A stretch of 64,000 nucleotides of DNA, from the NCBI GenBank assembly GCA_902540805.1, contig CACBON010000003.1:23057-87056 (forward strand). The letters run 5' to 3'. Below, one piece after another: positions 1 to 9,500 of the stretch. Every line of letters starts with the position of its first letter. Positions within the stretch are counted from its first letter, which is position 1. The position numbers and the translations under genes are program-made. Under the pieces are notes generated by a model, which was not told the DNA's origin, ran no database searches, and worked only from the letters and a program-made list of their open reading frames with translations. The DNA comes from an uncultured Alphaproteobacteria bacterium (GTDB lineage: Bacteria > Pseudomonadota > Alphaproteobacteria > Methylaequorales > Methylaequoraceae).

Positions 1-344
1 TGGTTTTTTGGCGTCCTCCCGGCAATAGAACCCCAAACGAAAAAGAAATATCAGTTTGTCTACCATATACTAAAAAACATATAAACATAATTAAACCAAA
101 ACTGTTAGTTTTTGTCGGAAGCATCGCTGCAAAAAACTTATTGAACTCAAAGGAAGGGATTACCAAAATAAGAGGTAAAAAACATTTTTATGAAGACAAA
201 GAGAATGATTTAAAGATTCAGGCTAGAGCTATTTTTCATCCAGCATATTTAATGAGAAATCCAATTGAGAAAAAAACTATGTGGGATGATTTATTAGAGA
301 TTGACGAATTTATTAATTCCAATAATATTTTGCAAGATGAATAA
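1..344 (+). CDS. Uracil-DNA glycosylase, family 4 (3' part; 5' end lies outside the window)
   Basis: The frame is open from nt 3. Translation reads VFWRPPGNRTPNEKEISVCLPY...LVFVGSIAAKNLL...IFHPAYLMRNP, which matches family-4 UDG motifs (RPPGNR..P and H-P-x-Y-L-x-R near the C-terminus). Stop TAA is at 342-344. Confidence 0.8.
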   Translation, partial: VFWRPPGNRTPNEKEISVCLPYTKKHINIIKPKLLVFVGSIAAKNLLNSKEGITKIRGKKHFYEDKENDLKIQARAIFHPAYLMRNPIEKKTMWDDLLEIDEFINSNNILQDE

Positions 345-858
345 TGAATCCCAACCATTCAAAAGTTTAAATATTTCTATATTGATCATTTCTGATACAA
401 GAACAGTGTCCTCTGACAAATCAGGTAAAATTCTTGAGGATAGAATAAAAGAATCTGGGCATATTTTAATCAGTAAATTATTTGTCAAAGACGAACCAAC
501 TCTTATTAAAGAAGAAATATCTAAAATTCTAAAAAAAAAAAGTACGCACGTAATCATTTCTTCTGGGGGTACAGGGTTGACTGGAAGAGATTCTACCCCA
601 GAAGTTTTAAAAGAAATTATTACTAAAGAGATACCTGGATTTGGTGAAATATTTAGATACATTAGTTTTAAAAAAATTGGCACCTCATCTCTTCAATCTC
701 GAGCAATTGCTGGATTAGTAAATAAAACTTTTATCTTTGCACTACCTGGTTCACCAAGTGCATGCAAAGATGCTTGGGATGAAATCATAAAATTTCAGTT
801 GGACGCGACAACAAAGCCCTGTAACCTAGTCGAGTTGATGCCAAGATTAGATGAATAA
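337..858 (+). CDS. moaB: Molybdenum cofactor biosynthesis protein B (MoaB/MogA family)
   Basis: SGGTGLTGRDSTPE and the GSPSA motifs are typical of MoaB/MogA, and the size is about 170 aa. The ATG at 337 (MNNESQPF...) is preferred over the tracked TTG at 301. It overlaps the udg stop by 8 nt. Confidence 0.75.
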   Translation: MNNESQPFKSLNISILIISDTRTVSSDKSGKILEDRIKESGHILISKLFVKDEPTLIKEEISKILKKKSTHVIISSGGTGLTGRDSTPEVLKEIITKEIPGFGEIFRYISFKKIGTSSLQSRAIAGLVNKTFIFALPGSPSACKDAWDEIIKFQLDATTKPCNLVELMPRLDE

Positions 859-884
859 AAAGCAATTGAAGAAAGCTTGTTTTT

Positions 885-1529
885 TTAAAAACTATTTTTT
901 GTAGCTTTTTTAAAAGAATTAATTTCTGCTTCATTGTGCATGCAACACGAGGTAATTGGATATTTTTCTTTAATCTCTTTAGTTAGTCTATCGTCATCAG
1001 AACTAGGTTGGACGTACATTATGCAATCTATCATGTGGACAACTCCGTTGTCACCAATGAGATTTTCTTGAACAACAACCATATCTTTTACAAATAGATT
1101 TCGACTTTTATATATCTGAAGTGGTTTGTTACTAACTGTTATTTGGGTTGTTACTCTTTCGTCAATATCAAGACTTGTTTTATGCCCTGTCATAATGTGA
1201 TCCATAAGTATGTTCTTAGTTAAGAATTCGTCATTTAATATTTCGTCTTTAAGTAGCTTGGGTGCCTCCCTAAAAGCCTTGTTACTTGGAGCAAAAATTG
1301 TCCAGTTCCAAGGAAGTTTTTTTTCTAAAACTCTATCTAAACCTGTTTTTTCTATATATGAATTAAAGGTACTGAGATCTTTATTACTGGAAATGACATC
1401 TAAGACATTTTTAGACAAGGTTATCTTAGAAAAAAAAATCAAGTTACAAATGATTAAGTATATACTTATCCTAGTCATATTTTTTAAGTTAACAAATTCT
1501 CTAAGTATATAATTTTTATAATGTTTCAT
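885..1529 (-). CDS. Secreted fasciclin (FAS1) domain protein
   Basis: FAS1 signatures are present (DLSTFNSYIEKTGL, TIFAPSNKAF, GVVHMID). The internal ATG at 1478 (MTRISIYLIICNLIFFSKITLS) gives a signal-peptide-like N-terminus and is the more likely start. A tail of about 40 aa after the FAS1 domain contains a CC pair. Confidence 0.7.
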   Translation of the reverse strand: MKHYKNYILREFVNLKNMTRISIYLIICNLIFFSKITLSKNVLDVISSNKDLSTFNSYIEKTGLDRVLEKKLPWNWTIFAPSNKAFREAPKLLKDEILNDEFLTKNILMDHIMTGHKTSLDIDERVTTQITVSNKPLQIYKSRNLFVKDMVVVQENLIGDNGVVHMIDCIMYVQPSSDDDRLTKEIKEKYPITSCCMHNEAEINSFKKATKNSF

Positions 1530-1595
1530 TTTTTGTAAATTAATAATTTAAATTTAATTTAATTTATCTAAAATATCAATAAATCAAAAATTTGG

Positions 1596-2198
1596 TTGTT
1601 ATTAGTTAAATTGTTATTAGATGATATTAAAAATCAAGTAATTGGGATCGATGAAGTTGGTCGGGGGGCTTTTTGTGGACCAGTAGTATCTTGTTCGGTT
1701 CTATTAGAAAAAAAAATTTTAAACAGTAATTTAGTTCTTCAAATAACAGATTCAAAAAAATTGAGTCATAAAAAAAGAATAATATTATCAAAGTTCATCA
1801 AAAAATATTCTTCTTACTCTATTGGAGTTGCTAATAATATCGAAATAGATGAAATTAATATTCTTCGAGCTACAAATCTTTCAATGTTAAGATCTTATGA
1901 GAAATTTAAAGGAACTGATAATTCAATTAAAGTTGATGGACTAAAAACTTTTTCATTAAATCAAAAAACAACTTTTATAAAGAATGGTGATCAAAAATCT
2001 ATCAGCATTGCTGCCGCCTCAATAATAGCAAAAACTTGGAGAGACAGATTAATGACTCTATATTCAAAAGTATACCCAATGTACGGATGGGAAAAAAATA
2101 AGGGGTATGGTACATATGAACATAGAAATGCAATAAAAAAATTTGGAATAACTAAAATCCATAGAAAAAGTTTTTTAAGTAACTTGATACGATCTTGA
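1596..2198 (+). CDS. rnhB: Ribonuclease HII
   Basis: GIDEVGRGAFCGPVV is the catalytic N-terminal motif, and the C-terminal GYGT.EH motif is present. Start is TTG. The 3' end overlaps the convergent kinase gene by 24 nt. Confidence 0.9.
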   Translation: MLLVKLLLDDIKNQVIGIDEVGRGAFCGPVVSCSVLLEKKILNSNLVLQITDSKKLSHKKRIILSKFIKKYSSYSIGVANNIEIDEINILRATNLSMLRSYEKFKGTDNSIKVDGLKTFSLNQKTTFIKNGDQKSISIAAASIIAKTWRDRLMTLYSKVYPMYGWEKNKGYGTYEHRNAIKKFGITKIHRKSFLSNLIRS

Positions 2199-3539
2199 TA
2201 GAGGAAGAGATATATTAACCTCAAGACCACCTAAATGCTCAGATTTTTTTAACTCAACATTGCCCTTCATGTAAGTTTCAATAATATCTTTCACAATATT
2301 TAACCCCAGTCCAGTTCCAGGTTTTTGTTCGTCGAGCCTAAAACCTCGAGCAAATACCTTATTCATTTGCTCTAGTGATAATCCGTGACCATCGTCAGAT
2401 ACAACTAGCAATAATTTATCATCTTTTTTAATTTTTATTTCTACTTTTATTTTTTTCTTTCCATATTTGCATGCATTCTCAATTATATTCCCAATGACCT
2501 CTTCAAGCTCGTCTAAACTTCCGAAAACAAATGCTTCCTTTATTTTTACTGTTAAAAGAATGCTTACATCGGGGTAAAGTTTTTTGAAAATAAAAATCAT
2601 TTTATTTACTAAATCAATCATATTGATTTTTTCTTTTGAGGATTTTCCAACTGATTCAAGGTGTGCTTTTTTTAAATATCTATCAATATGACGTTTCATA
2701 AGTGAAATTTGGTTATGCATAGTTGTATTTTCATTCTTAATTTCATTAGATATAACTGCTAAAGGTGTTTTGAGAACATGAGCTAAATTTCCTACATGAG
2801 TTTTAGCTCTATCAATAATTTTTGCGTTATGAGCAAGCAATTCATTAATTTCACTCGCTAGAGGTTGAACTTCAAGTGGATAAGATTCTTTTAGACTACT
2901 TTCATCACCGTTTCTAACTTTAAATAATGAAGCCTTAATTTTATTTAGTGGCAAAAGACCAAACTTCACCTGAAGGAAAACAGCAATCATCAGTCCGGTT
3001 CCAAGAGCCAATAATATGACTAACAAAGTATTATCAAACTTTTTAATATTTGCTTGGTATTCTTCAGTATCTCCAGAAACAATAAAAGTGATTGGAGTGT
3101 TGATACCTGGAAAAGAAATATTTCTTTCAATAATATGTAATTTTTTTGTTTCTACGTAATTTTGATTTTTAATATCTTTTCCAACATTATTTATAAATTG
3201 AGACCTTCCGCCTATCAATCTTTTGTCTGATGTAAAGACTTGATCCCACATTGACCTTGATCTTACAATTGTTTCTGTTTCTTTATTTACCTGCCAGTAC
3301 CATCCTGAGTAAGGTTGAAAAAATCTTGGATCCCCAATTGCACTCACTACTGTTATACCATCTGAAGAGTCAACTCTACTTGCCCCGATGAGTGTCTCTA
3401 GAAGCAGATTAAGTCTATCATCAAATGCTTTAAAATTTGTCTTTTCATTCAAATCAGATAATAGAAGTCCCGCTGAAACCAATGTGAAAATGATCCAGAT
3501 TGTTGCACTGAAGAAGAGTCTGACTGCTAGTGAATTCAT
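2175..3539 (-). CDS. Sensor histidine kinase (PhoQ/FeuQ-like architecture)
   Basis: Two TM segments flank a periplasmic domain of about 150 aa. H-box LAHVLKTPLAVI and ATPase boxes (NACKYG, DDGHGL, GTGLGLNIV) are present. It abuts the response regulator gene (stop/start adjacent). Confidence 0.85.
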   Translation of the reverse strand: MNSLAVRLFFSATIWIIFTLVSAGLLLSDLNEKTNFKAFDDRLNLLLETLIGASRVDSSDGITVVSAIGDPRFFQPYSGWYWQVNKETETIVRSRSMWDQVFTSDKRLIGGRSQFINNVGKDIKNQNYVETKKLHIIERNISFPGINTPITFIVSGDTEEYQANIKKFDNTLLVILLALGTGLMIAVFLQVKFGLLPLNKIKASLFKVRNGDESSLKESYPLEVQPLASEINELLAHNAKIIDRAKTHVGNLAHVLKTPLAVISNEIKNENTTMHNQISLMKRHIDRYLKKAHLESVGKSSKEKINMIDLVNKMIFIFKKLYPDVSILLTVKIKEAFVFGSLDELEEVIGNIIENACKYGKKKIKVEIKIKKDDKLLLVVSDDGHGLSLEQMNKVFARGFRLDEQKPGTGLGLNIVKDIIETYMKGNVELKKSEHLGGLEVNISLPLSRSYQVT

Positions 3540-4205
3540 TTATTCTTTCTCAATTGACAACCTGTAACCGTATCCTCTTTCAGTTCTAATTAAATTTAGT
3601 CCCATTTTCTTTCTTAACCTTCCAATAAAAACTTCTATTGTATTAGAGTCTCTATCAAAGTCTTGATCATATATGTGCTCAACAAGCTCCGTTCTAGTTA
3701 TAACTTTATCTTGATGATGAAGAAAATATTCGATTATTTTATACTCGTGAGATGTGAGTTTTAATTTGGTTCCATTTAAAAAAACTTTATTTGATTTAGT
3801 ATCAATTTTTAGCGGTCCACATTCAATATCTGAAGAAGCGTGACCAGCAGATCTTCTTATAAGAGCTCTTAGCCTCGCTAAAAGTTCCTCCATCTGGAAA
3901 GGTTTTGCAACGTAATCATCTGCGCCAGCATCAAATCCTGAAACTTTGTCACTCCATTGATCTCTTGCGGTAAGAATAAGAACAGGGAAGTTTTTTTTAT
4001 CTTTTCTCCATTTTTCAAGTACTGTTATCCCATCAATCTTAGGAAGACCTAAGTCAAGAACAACAGCATCATATGGTTCAGTGTCTCCTAAAAAATGACC
4101 TTCCTCACCGTCGATTGCAGTATCGACTGAATAACCACTATCTTCCAAAGAAGTTTTAATCTGGTTGTTCAAGTCAGGATCATCCTCAATTAACAATATT
4201 CTCAA
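3540..4205 (-). CDS. OmpR/PhoB-family DNA-binding response regulator
   Basis: Receiver domain features are RILLIEDD, VVLDLGLP and VAKPF. The winged-helix output domain is indicated by RTERGYGYRL. Confidence 0.9.
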   Translation of the reverse strand: MRILLIEDDPDLNNQIKTSLEDSGYSVDTAIDGEEGHFLGDTEPYDAVVLDLGLPKIDGITVLEKWRKDKKNFPVLILTARDQWSDKVSGFDAGADDYVAKPFQMEELLARLRALIRRSAGHASSDIECGPLKIDTKSNKVFLNGTKLKLTSHEYKIIEYFLHHQDKVITRTELVEHIYDQDFDRDSNTIEVFIGRLRKKMGLNLIRTERGYGYRLSIEKE

Positions 4206-4206
4206 A

Positions 4207-4533
4207 CTAATCTCCAGAAATCACAGATAGAACTGTAGAAGTTCCAGCATCAACTCTTATCTGCTTAACTTTATTATTAACATCAATAATCATTATATCA
4301 TAAACCCAGCCAAACAAACCTTTTTCATTATCTTTTAAGTTTATTGATACAACTCTTCCGTCAAAATTCCTGTTTATTTTCTGTAAAATTTGATCTAGTG
4401 TTAAAATTTCACCCTCATTGACAGCTTTAATCGCCTTTTCGTGATCATTTGCTAAATTGTTTTCAATCTCTTGTGCCAAAATTTTAAGAGACAAAAAACT
4501 TAGGAAAAAAACAATAAAAATTTTGATCTTCAT
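4207..4533 (-). CDS. Small periplasmic PepSY-domain protein
   Basis: An N-terminal signal peptide (MKIKIFIVFFLSFLSLKILAQ) is followed by a PepSY-like pattern (A..AV.G.I..L.....G...Y.I....N......VDA.T..VL). It lies 1 nt upstream of the response regulator. Confidence 0.6.
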   Translation of the reverse strand: MKIKIFIVFFLSFLSLKILAQEIENNLANDHEKAIKAVNEGEILTLDQILQKINRNFDGRVVSINLKDNEKGLFGWVYDIMIIDVNNKVKQIRVDAGTSTVLSVISGD

Positions 4534-5594
4534 TTCATCTTTTCTTTAATCTTTAGAAAAAGTTTAGAGACTGGTCTACTATCTAATTCTTTTATCGTTA
4601 ACCAAAAAAAGTTTTCCAATCTAAACTTACTTTTTAAGTTTAACTTAACCACCAATACTTTCAATTGGAAATGACTAAATTTGTGGATTACTTTTCCAGC
4701 TAATTTATATGAAACTTTTAATTTTTTAATCTTAAGCCAATGATTCACGGTTTTATCCAAAAACTCATCTTCAATGAAATTTTTATCGATGTCTTTTGAA
4801 TCACTTAATGGAAAACAAAAAAGGTTTTTTAAGAGTTTTTTTGAACTTTTCTCGACTAAAAAATAGTTTTTGTAGTTTATAATGAAAGCAATAGCAATTT
4901 TATTCTTAGTCTTTTTTCTTTTTGTCAGAAGTAATTTAATCCCTTTAGACAAACAAAAATCTTCAACAGGGCATTTTTTGCATTCTGGGTTTCTAACTTT
5001 GCACACTGAATTAGCTATGTCCATCAAAGATTGACAATAATTACCATTTTTTCTTTTTGGTGTTAAATAATCAGATATAGATCTTATGTTTTTATCATAT
5101 AAATTATCATTGTTGTTTAAATTAAATACACGTGTTAATATTCTTCTAATGTTTCCATCAACAACTGAACACTTTTCATCAAATAAAATTGCTGATATTG
5201 CACTGCTCGTGTAATCTCCAATTCCTGGAATTTCTAAAAGTGATTTGTAATTCACAGTAATTTTTTTTTTTGTTTTCAGTAATTCTTTTGCTCTATAAAG
5301 ATTTTCAGCTCTTTTGTAATACCCCATGCCTTGCCATAAAAATAAAATTTCTTCTAACTTTGCATTATAAAAAGACTCTAATGTGGGCCATTTTAACATG
5401 AATCTATTATAATAAGGAATAACTACAGAAACTTGAGTTTGCTGAAGCATTATTTCTGAAATCCATACTCTGTAAAAATTTTGATTTTCCTTTCTTCGCC
5501 ATGGAAGATCCCTTTTATTATTTGAATACCAATCGAGTATTTTTTTTTCCCATCTACTCTTAAAAATTTTATCTATATGGTATTCTTTTTTCAT
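4530..5594 (-). CDS. mutY: A/G-specific adenine DNA glycosylase
   Basis: LPWRR...YRVWISEIMLQQTQV, the HhH-GPD region (PGIGDYTSSAI), a 4-Cys cluster (C..C...C..C....C region: CKVRNPECKKCPVEDFC) and a C-terminal NUDIX-like domain are all present. Confidence 0.9.
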   Translation of the reverse strand: MKKEYHIDKIFKSRWEKKILDWYSNNKRDLPWRRKENQNFYRVWISEIMLQQTQVSVVIPYYNRFMLKWPTLESFYNAKLEEILFLWQGMGYYKRAENLYRAKELLKTKKKITVNYKSLLEIPGIGDYTSSAISAILFDEKCSVVDGNIRRILTRVFNLNNNDNLYDKNIRSISDYLTPKRKNGNYCQSLMDIANSVCKVRNPECKKCPVEDFCLSKGIKLLLTKRKKTKNKIAIAFIINYKNYFLVEKSSKKLLKNLFCFPLSDSKDIDKNFIEDEFLDKTVNHWLKIKKLKVSYKLAGKVIHKFSHFQLKVLVVKLNLKSKFRLENFFWLTIKELDSRPVSKLFLKIKEKMK

Positions 5595-5919
5595 GAATCG
5601 TAGGAATTATATTAAAAATCCAGTTAAAATTTCAACCCTTTTACCTAAAATTTTCAAGCCTTTGAAAAAAAAAAATGACGGGATTTTGTTAGAAATTAAA
5701 CTCAACTGGGAGAAAATACTTGAGCCAAGATTTAGCTCTTGTTGTTTTGCCTCCGCATTAAAAAAAATAAATAATACAAAAATCCTTATAATTACCACTG
5801 ACGAAAGAAATCTTCTTGAGTTATCTTACTCTTCCAATGTGATAAAAATGCAAATCAATGAGTTTTTTAAAGCAACAGTTATAAATGAAATTAAGTTTAA
5901 AAAATCCTTACAAAATTAA
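5593..5919 (+). CDS. DUF721 domain protein (the family that contains DciA)
   Basis: The pattern ...L.IKLNWEKI.......C..S.....ILIITTDE...L.ELSY....I..QINEFF......EIKF fits DUF721. The position divergent from mutY is common in Alphaproteobacteria (from memory). Confidence 0.6.
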   Translation: MNRRNYIKNPVKISTLLPKIFKPLKKKNDGILLEIKLNWEKILEPRFSSCCFASALKKINNTKILIITTDERNLLELSYSSNVIKMQINEFFKATVINEIKFKKSLQN

Positions 5920-5944
5920 AGATTTATGTTAAAAATATTTAATA

Positions 5945-6553
5945 ATGAAAATACCTTCCTACATAAAATTTTTCTTCATTTTTGCCTTTTTATTTTCTTT
6001 CAGTGATCTTAATTCTAGAATTGTTGATACAATTGAGGCACTTGAAAATCAATCTATGGGGAATGAATCTGCCCCAATAAAAATGACAGAATTTGCATCA
6101 CTTACATGTGGACATTGTGCGAAGTTTCATAATGAAGTATTCCCAAGAATTAAAAAAAATTATATAGATAGCGGTAAGATTTTCTTTACTTATCAAGATT
6201 TTCCTTTAGATAAATTCGCGTTAAAAGCCTCTGTAATTGCTAGATGTTCTGGTAAAGAAAAATATTTTAGTTTTTTAAAGGTTTTATATAAAAAACAAAA
6301 AGATTGGACCAGATCTCAAGATCCTTTTAAATCTTTATTAAAAATTGCAAAATTAGGAGGACTGAAAAATGATGAAATTAAAGTTTGTGTCAGTAATAAA
6401 TCAATTGAAGACGGTATCTTGAAGAAAAGACTAAATTCAACCAAGAAATTTGACATCAAGGCAACTCCAACAATCTATATAAATGGTGAAAAATATAATG
6501 GGGATCTAACATTTGAAGCACTTAAACTAAAACTTGACTCTTTAATTAATTAG
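5945..6553 (+). CDS. DsbA-family thiol:disulfide oxidoreductase (periplasmic)
   Basis: It has a signal peptide, a thioredoxin-fold CGHC active site (LTCGHCAKFH), and the cis-Pro region TPTIYING. Confidence 0.8.
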   Translation: MKIPSYIKFFFIFAFLFSFSDLNSRIVDTIEALENQSMGNESAPIKMTEFASLTCGHCAKFHNEVFPRIKKNYIDSGKIFFTYQDFPLDKFALKASVIARCSGKEKYFSFLKVLYKKQKDWTRSQDPFKSLLKIAKLGGLKNDEIKVCVSNKSIEDGILKKRLNSTKKFDIKATPTIYINGEKYNGDLTFEALKLKLDSLIN

Positions 6554-6557
6554 CAAA

Positions 6558-9500
6558 TTGTTTACAGTAAATAAATTAAAAATTTCAGGTTTTAAATCAT
6601 TTGCACACTCAACAGAACTTTTGATTAAGGAGGGAGTGACAGGTGTTATAGGTCCAAATGGATGCGGAAAATCCAACGTTTTTGAAGCCATTCGGTGGGT
6701 CATGGGGGAATCTTCCTCAAAAAGTTTAAGATCTGGTTCGATGGACGAAGTAATTTTTAACGGCACTCAGCAAGTTCCAGCAAAAAATTTTGCAGAAGTA
6801 TCTATTGAGTTAGATAATTTTGAAGGAGAACTTCCAGGAAATATTCCTAATGAAAAAAAGGTTATCATTTCAAGAACATTAGAAAGAGGCGTTGGGTCTT
6901 TTTATAAAATAAATAATAAAGAAGTTAGAGCTAAAGATGTAAGTGTCTTATTTTATGATTCAGGAAGTGGCCCACGTTCTAGTTCAATTATAGGTCAAGG
7001 GAATATTGATCAAATTATTAATTCGAAACCTATAGACAGGAAAGTTATCTTGGAAGATGCAGCAGGCACGTCTGGTTTACAATCCAGAAGACATGAGTCT
7101 GAATTAAAGCTTCAAGCTACTGAAGTAAATTTAGAAAAGATTGATCTTAATCTTAATAATCTAATCGATCAAAAAAAGGATCTTTCCAGACAATCAAGAC
7201 AAGCTGAAAAATATGAACAAATCTCTGAAAATATTAAATTTTACCAATCAATTATAGTATATACGGAATGGAAGAATAATATTAATGAGATAGATCAAAC
7301 ACAATCTTTGAAAGATAAAATCTCAGAAGAAATTCAGAAATGTATAAATGAACTAGCAAAGTTTCAAAATGAACTAAGTTTAAAGAAAAAAACTAAAACT
7401 CAACTTGATAAAGAAAAAGAAAGTCTTAACACAAGAAACTTTCAAATAAGGAGTGAAATTGACAAGTATAGCAATGAACTTAATGGAATAAATAATAAAA
7501 AAGCAGAAATAGCCAGATTTTTGAAAACAATTAAAAATGATAAGGAATTAGAAAAAACTAGGGTTTCAGAATTAGAAAAAAATAAGAGAAATCTTCAACA
7601 AAAAATTTCAGAACCGTCAAAAATTAATGAAAAGAGGAAAGCAATTGTCAAACTTATTAATCAGGAAACGGAACTTAAAAATAAAATCAAACAACTTGAA
7701 ACAACCTTTGTTAACGAAATTCAACTTAGTCTCGGAGAGGAATTCAGATTTGATAATTTAAAAGAAAATAAAGAAAACCTTAAAAAGAAAATTAATCTTA
7801 CCCGGATTTTAATTATTGATTTAAAAAAAAATCTTATTAATTGTGAAAAGCATCTTCGAGCTGAAGATCAACAAATTAAAAAATTAAAAAATAAGATTCA
7901 GGGTATTCAAGATCTTATTAACAAAAGAAAAAAAGTTATTAATGAAACTAATCAAAACACTCAAAAAGTTAATGAAAATATAAAAAAGTTGTTAAATGAA
8001 ATTGATATTTCCTCAACAAAACTTACCCAAATTGAAACTGAGCTTAAAACACTCAATCTCCTTACCAGTAGTAAGGGCTTGTCAGATGATTCAATAGTAA
8101 ATCTTTTAAAAATAAAAAAAGGATATGAAGATGCAGTCTTCGCTGCTCTGACTAATGAATTGGATGCAACTTTAAAAACATCAAAAAAAAGATGGATTAA
8201 AACTTCATTTAAGAATATCGATCCTATAGAGAACAATTTGTCAAACCTTGTTCAAAGTCCAGAAGAATTAAATTTAATACTCTCTCAGATTAGTTTTGTA
8301 GAGGACTCAAAAGAAGCTTTTGAAAAACAGAAAAATCTTAAAGTTGGTCAAAGTATAGTAGATAAGAAAGGATCAATATGGAGGTGGGATGGTTTTATTT
8401 CTGAAGAAAACCATCAAAATAAAAAGCTGATCGATGCACAACTAAAAATTAAAGAACGTATAAGTGAACAGAATAAATTTTGTGTCAATCTTAACTCACT
8501 TAGAGTCAAAAAAGAGTCGCAGATGAAAGTTCAAAATAAATTGAATGAAACATTAAAAAACGAAAATAAAAATATTGAAAAAAATTACCAAGAGTATGAT
8601 TTAGCTCAATCAGAATTATCGACGTTCATTCAAAAAAAATCACTATTAGAATTCAATATTAGAGAGATAAAGAAGAAAATAGATTCACACACTAAAGAAG
8701 AGAAATTATCGTCCAAAGAATTAGAAAAAATAAAATCTATGGAGGTTTCTTCTCCAAAGTTTGATAACAATAAAAATGAAAAAGAAGAAGTTCAAAAATC
8801 CATACAAAAACTTGATTTTCAACTTGAAAAGAAAAGAGAGGAGATTAATTTGATAAAAGAATCCATTATGAAAGAGGAACTTAATGAAAATTTTCACAAA
8901 AATGATCTTCAGAAAACTGATGATAGGATTACTGAATGTTCAAAACAAATTGAGATACTTGAGAAGAGAGAGACTGATTATATAAGCGAAAACAAAAAGT
9001 TGGAAAACTTACCTTTTGATTTAAACAATAAAATCAATCACTATGAAGGACTCTTCAATGAAATTCAAAAAGAAATTACACAAAATATTAGTAACGAAAA
9101 TGATATAAAAGGTTTAATTTTCAATTTAGAAAAGAAAATAGAGCAATTCAATAAAGAACGCGAAAATAAAGTTAACGAATTAACAAAGATAGACACTAAC
9201 TTAGAAAACTTTAAAATAAAGGAGAAAGAGCTTAGAAGAACCATATTCCAAAGATCAAAAATTCAACCGGAAGAATTAGAAAATAATCTCAAAGAAAAGG
9301 AAATTCAAATTACCAATTATGAAGATATAAAACCCACGCTTGATCGGCTTATTAGTCAAAGAGAGCAAATGGGACCTGTGAATCTAAGAGCAAAAATGGA
9401 AGAAAAAATAATCTCGCATTCAATAGAAGAACTTGAGATGGAAAAACTAGATTTAGTTCAGGCTATTGATAAATTAAGGTTGGCTATTAACAAAATAAAT

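Noticed and set aside
294-683. A 129-aa minus-strand ORF covering moaB. Analogous antisense ORFs lie in the fasciclin gene (1210-1512), smc (7961-8236, 9458-9712), leuC (61562-62755) and leuD (63016-63348).
   Set aside because: Each is opposite a gene with clear family motifs, and none has recognisable motifs of its own.
859-884. A possible bidirectional terminator between the convergent moaB and fasciclin genes (aaagc...gcttgtttttttt).
   Set aside because: Only a 4-5 bp stem with an 11-nt loop can be drawn, which is too weak to call.
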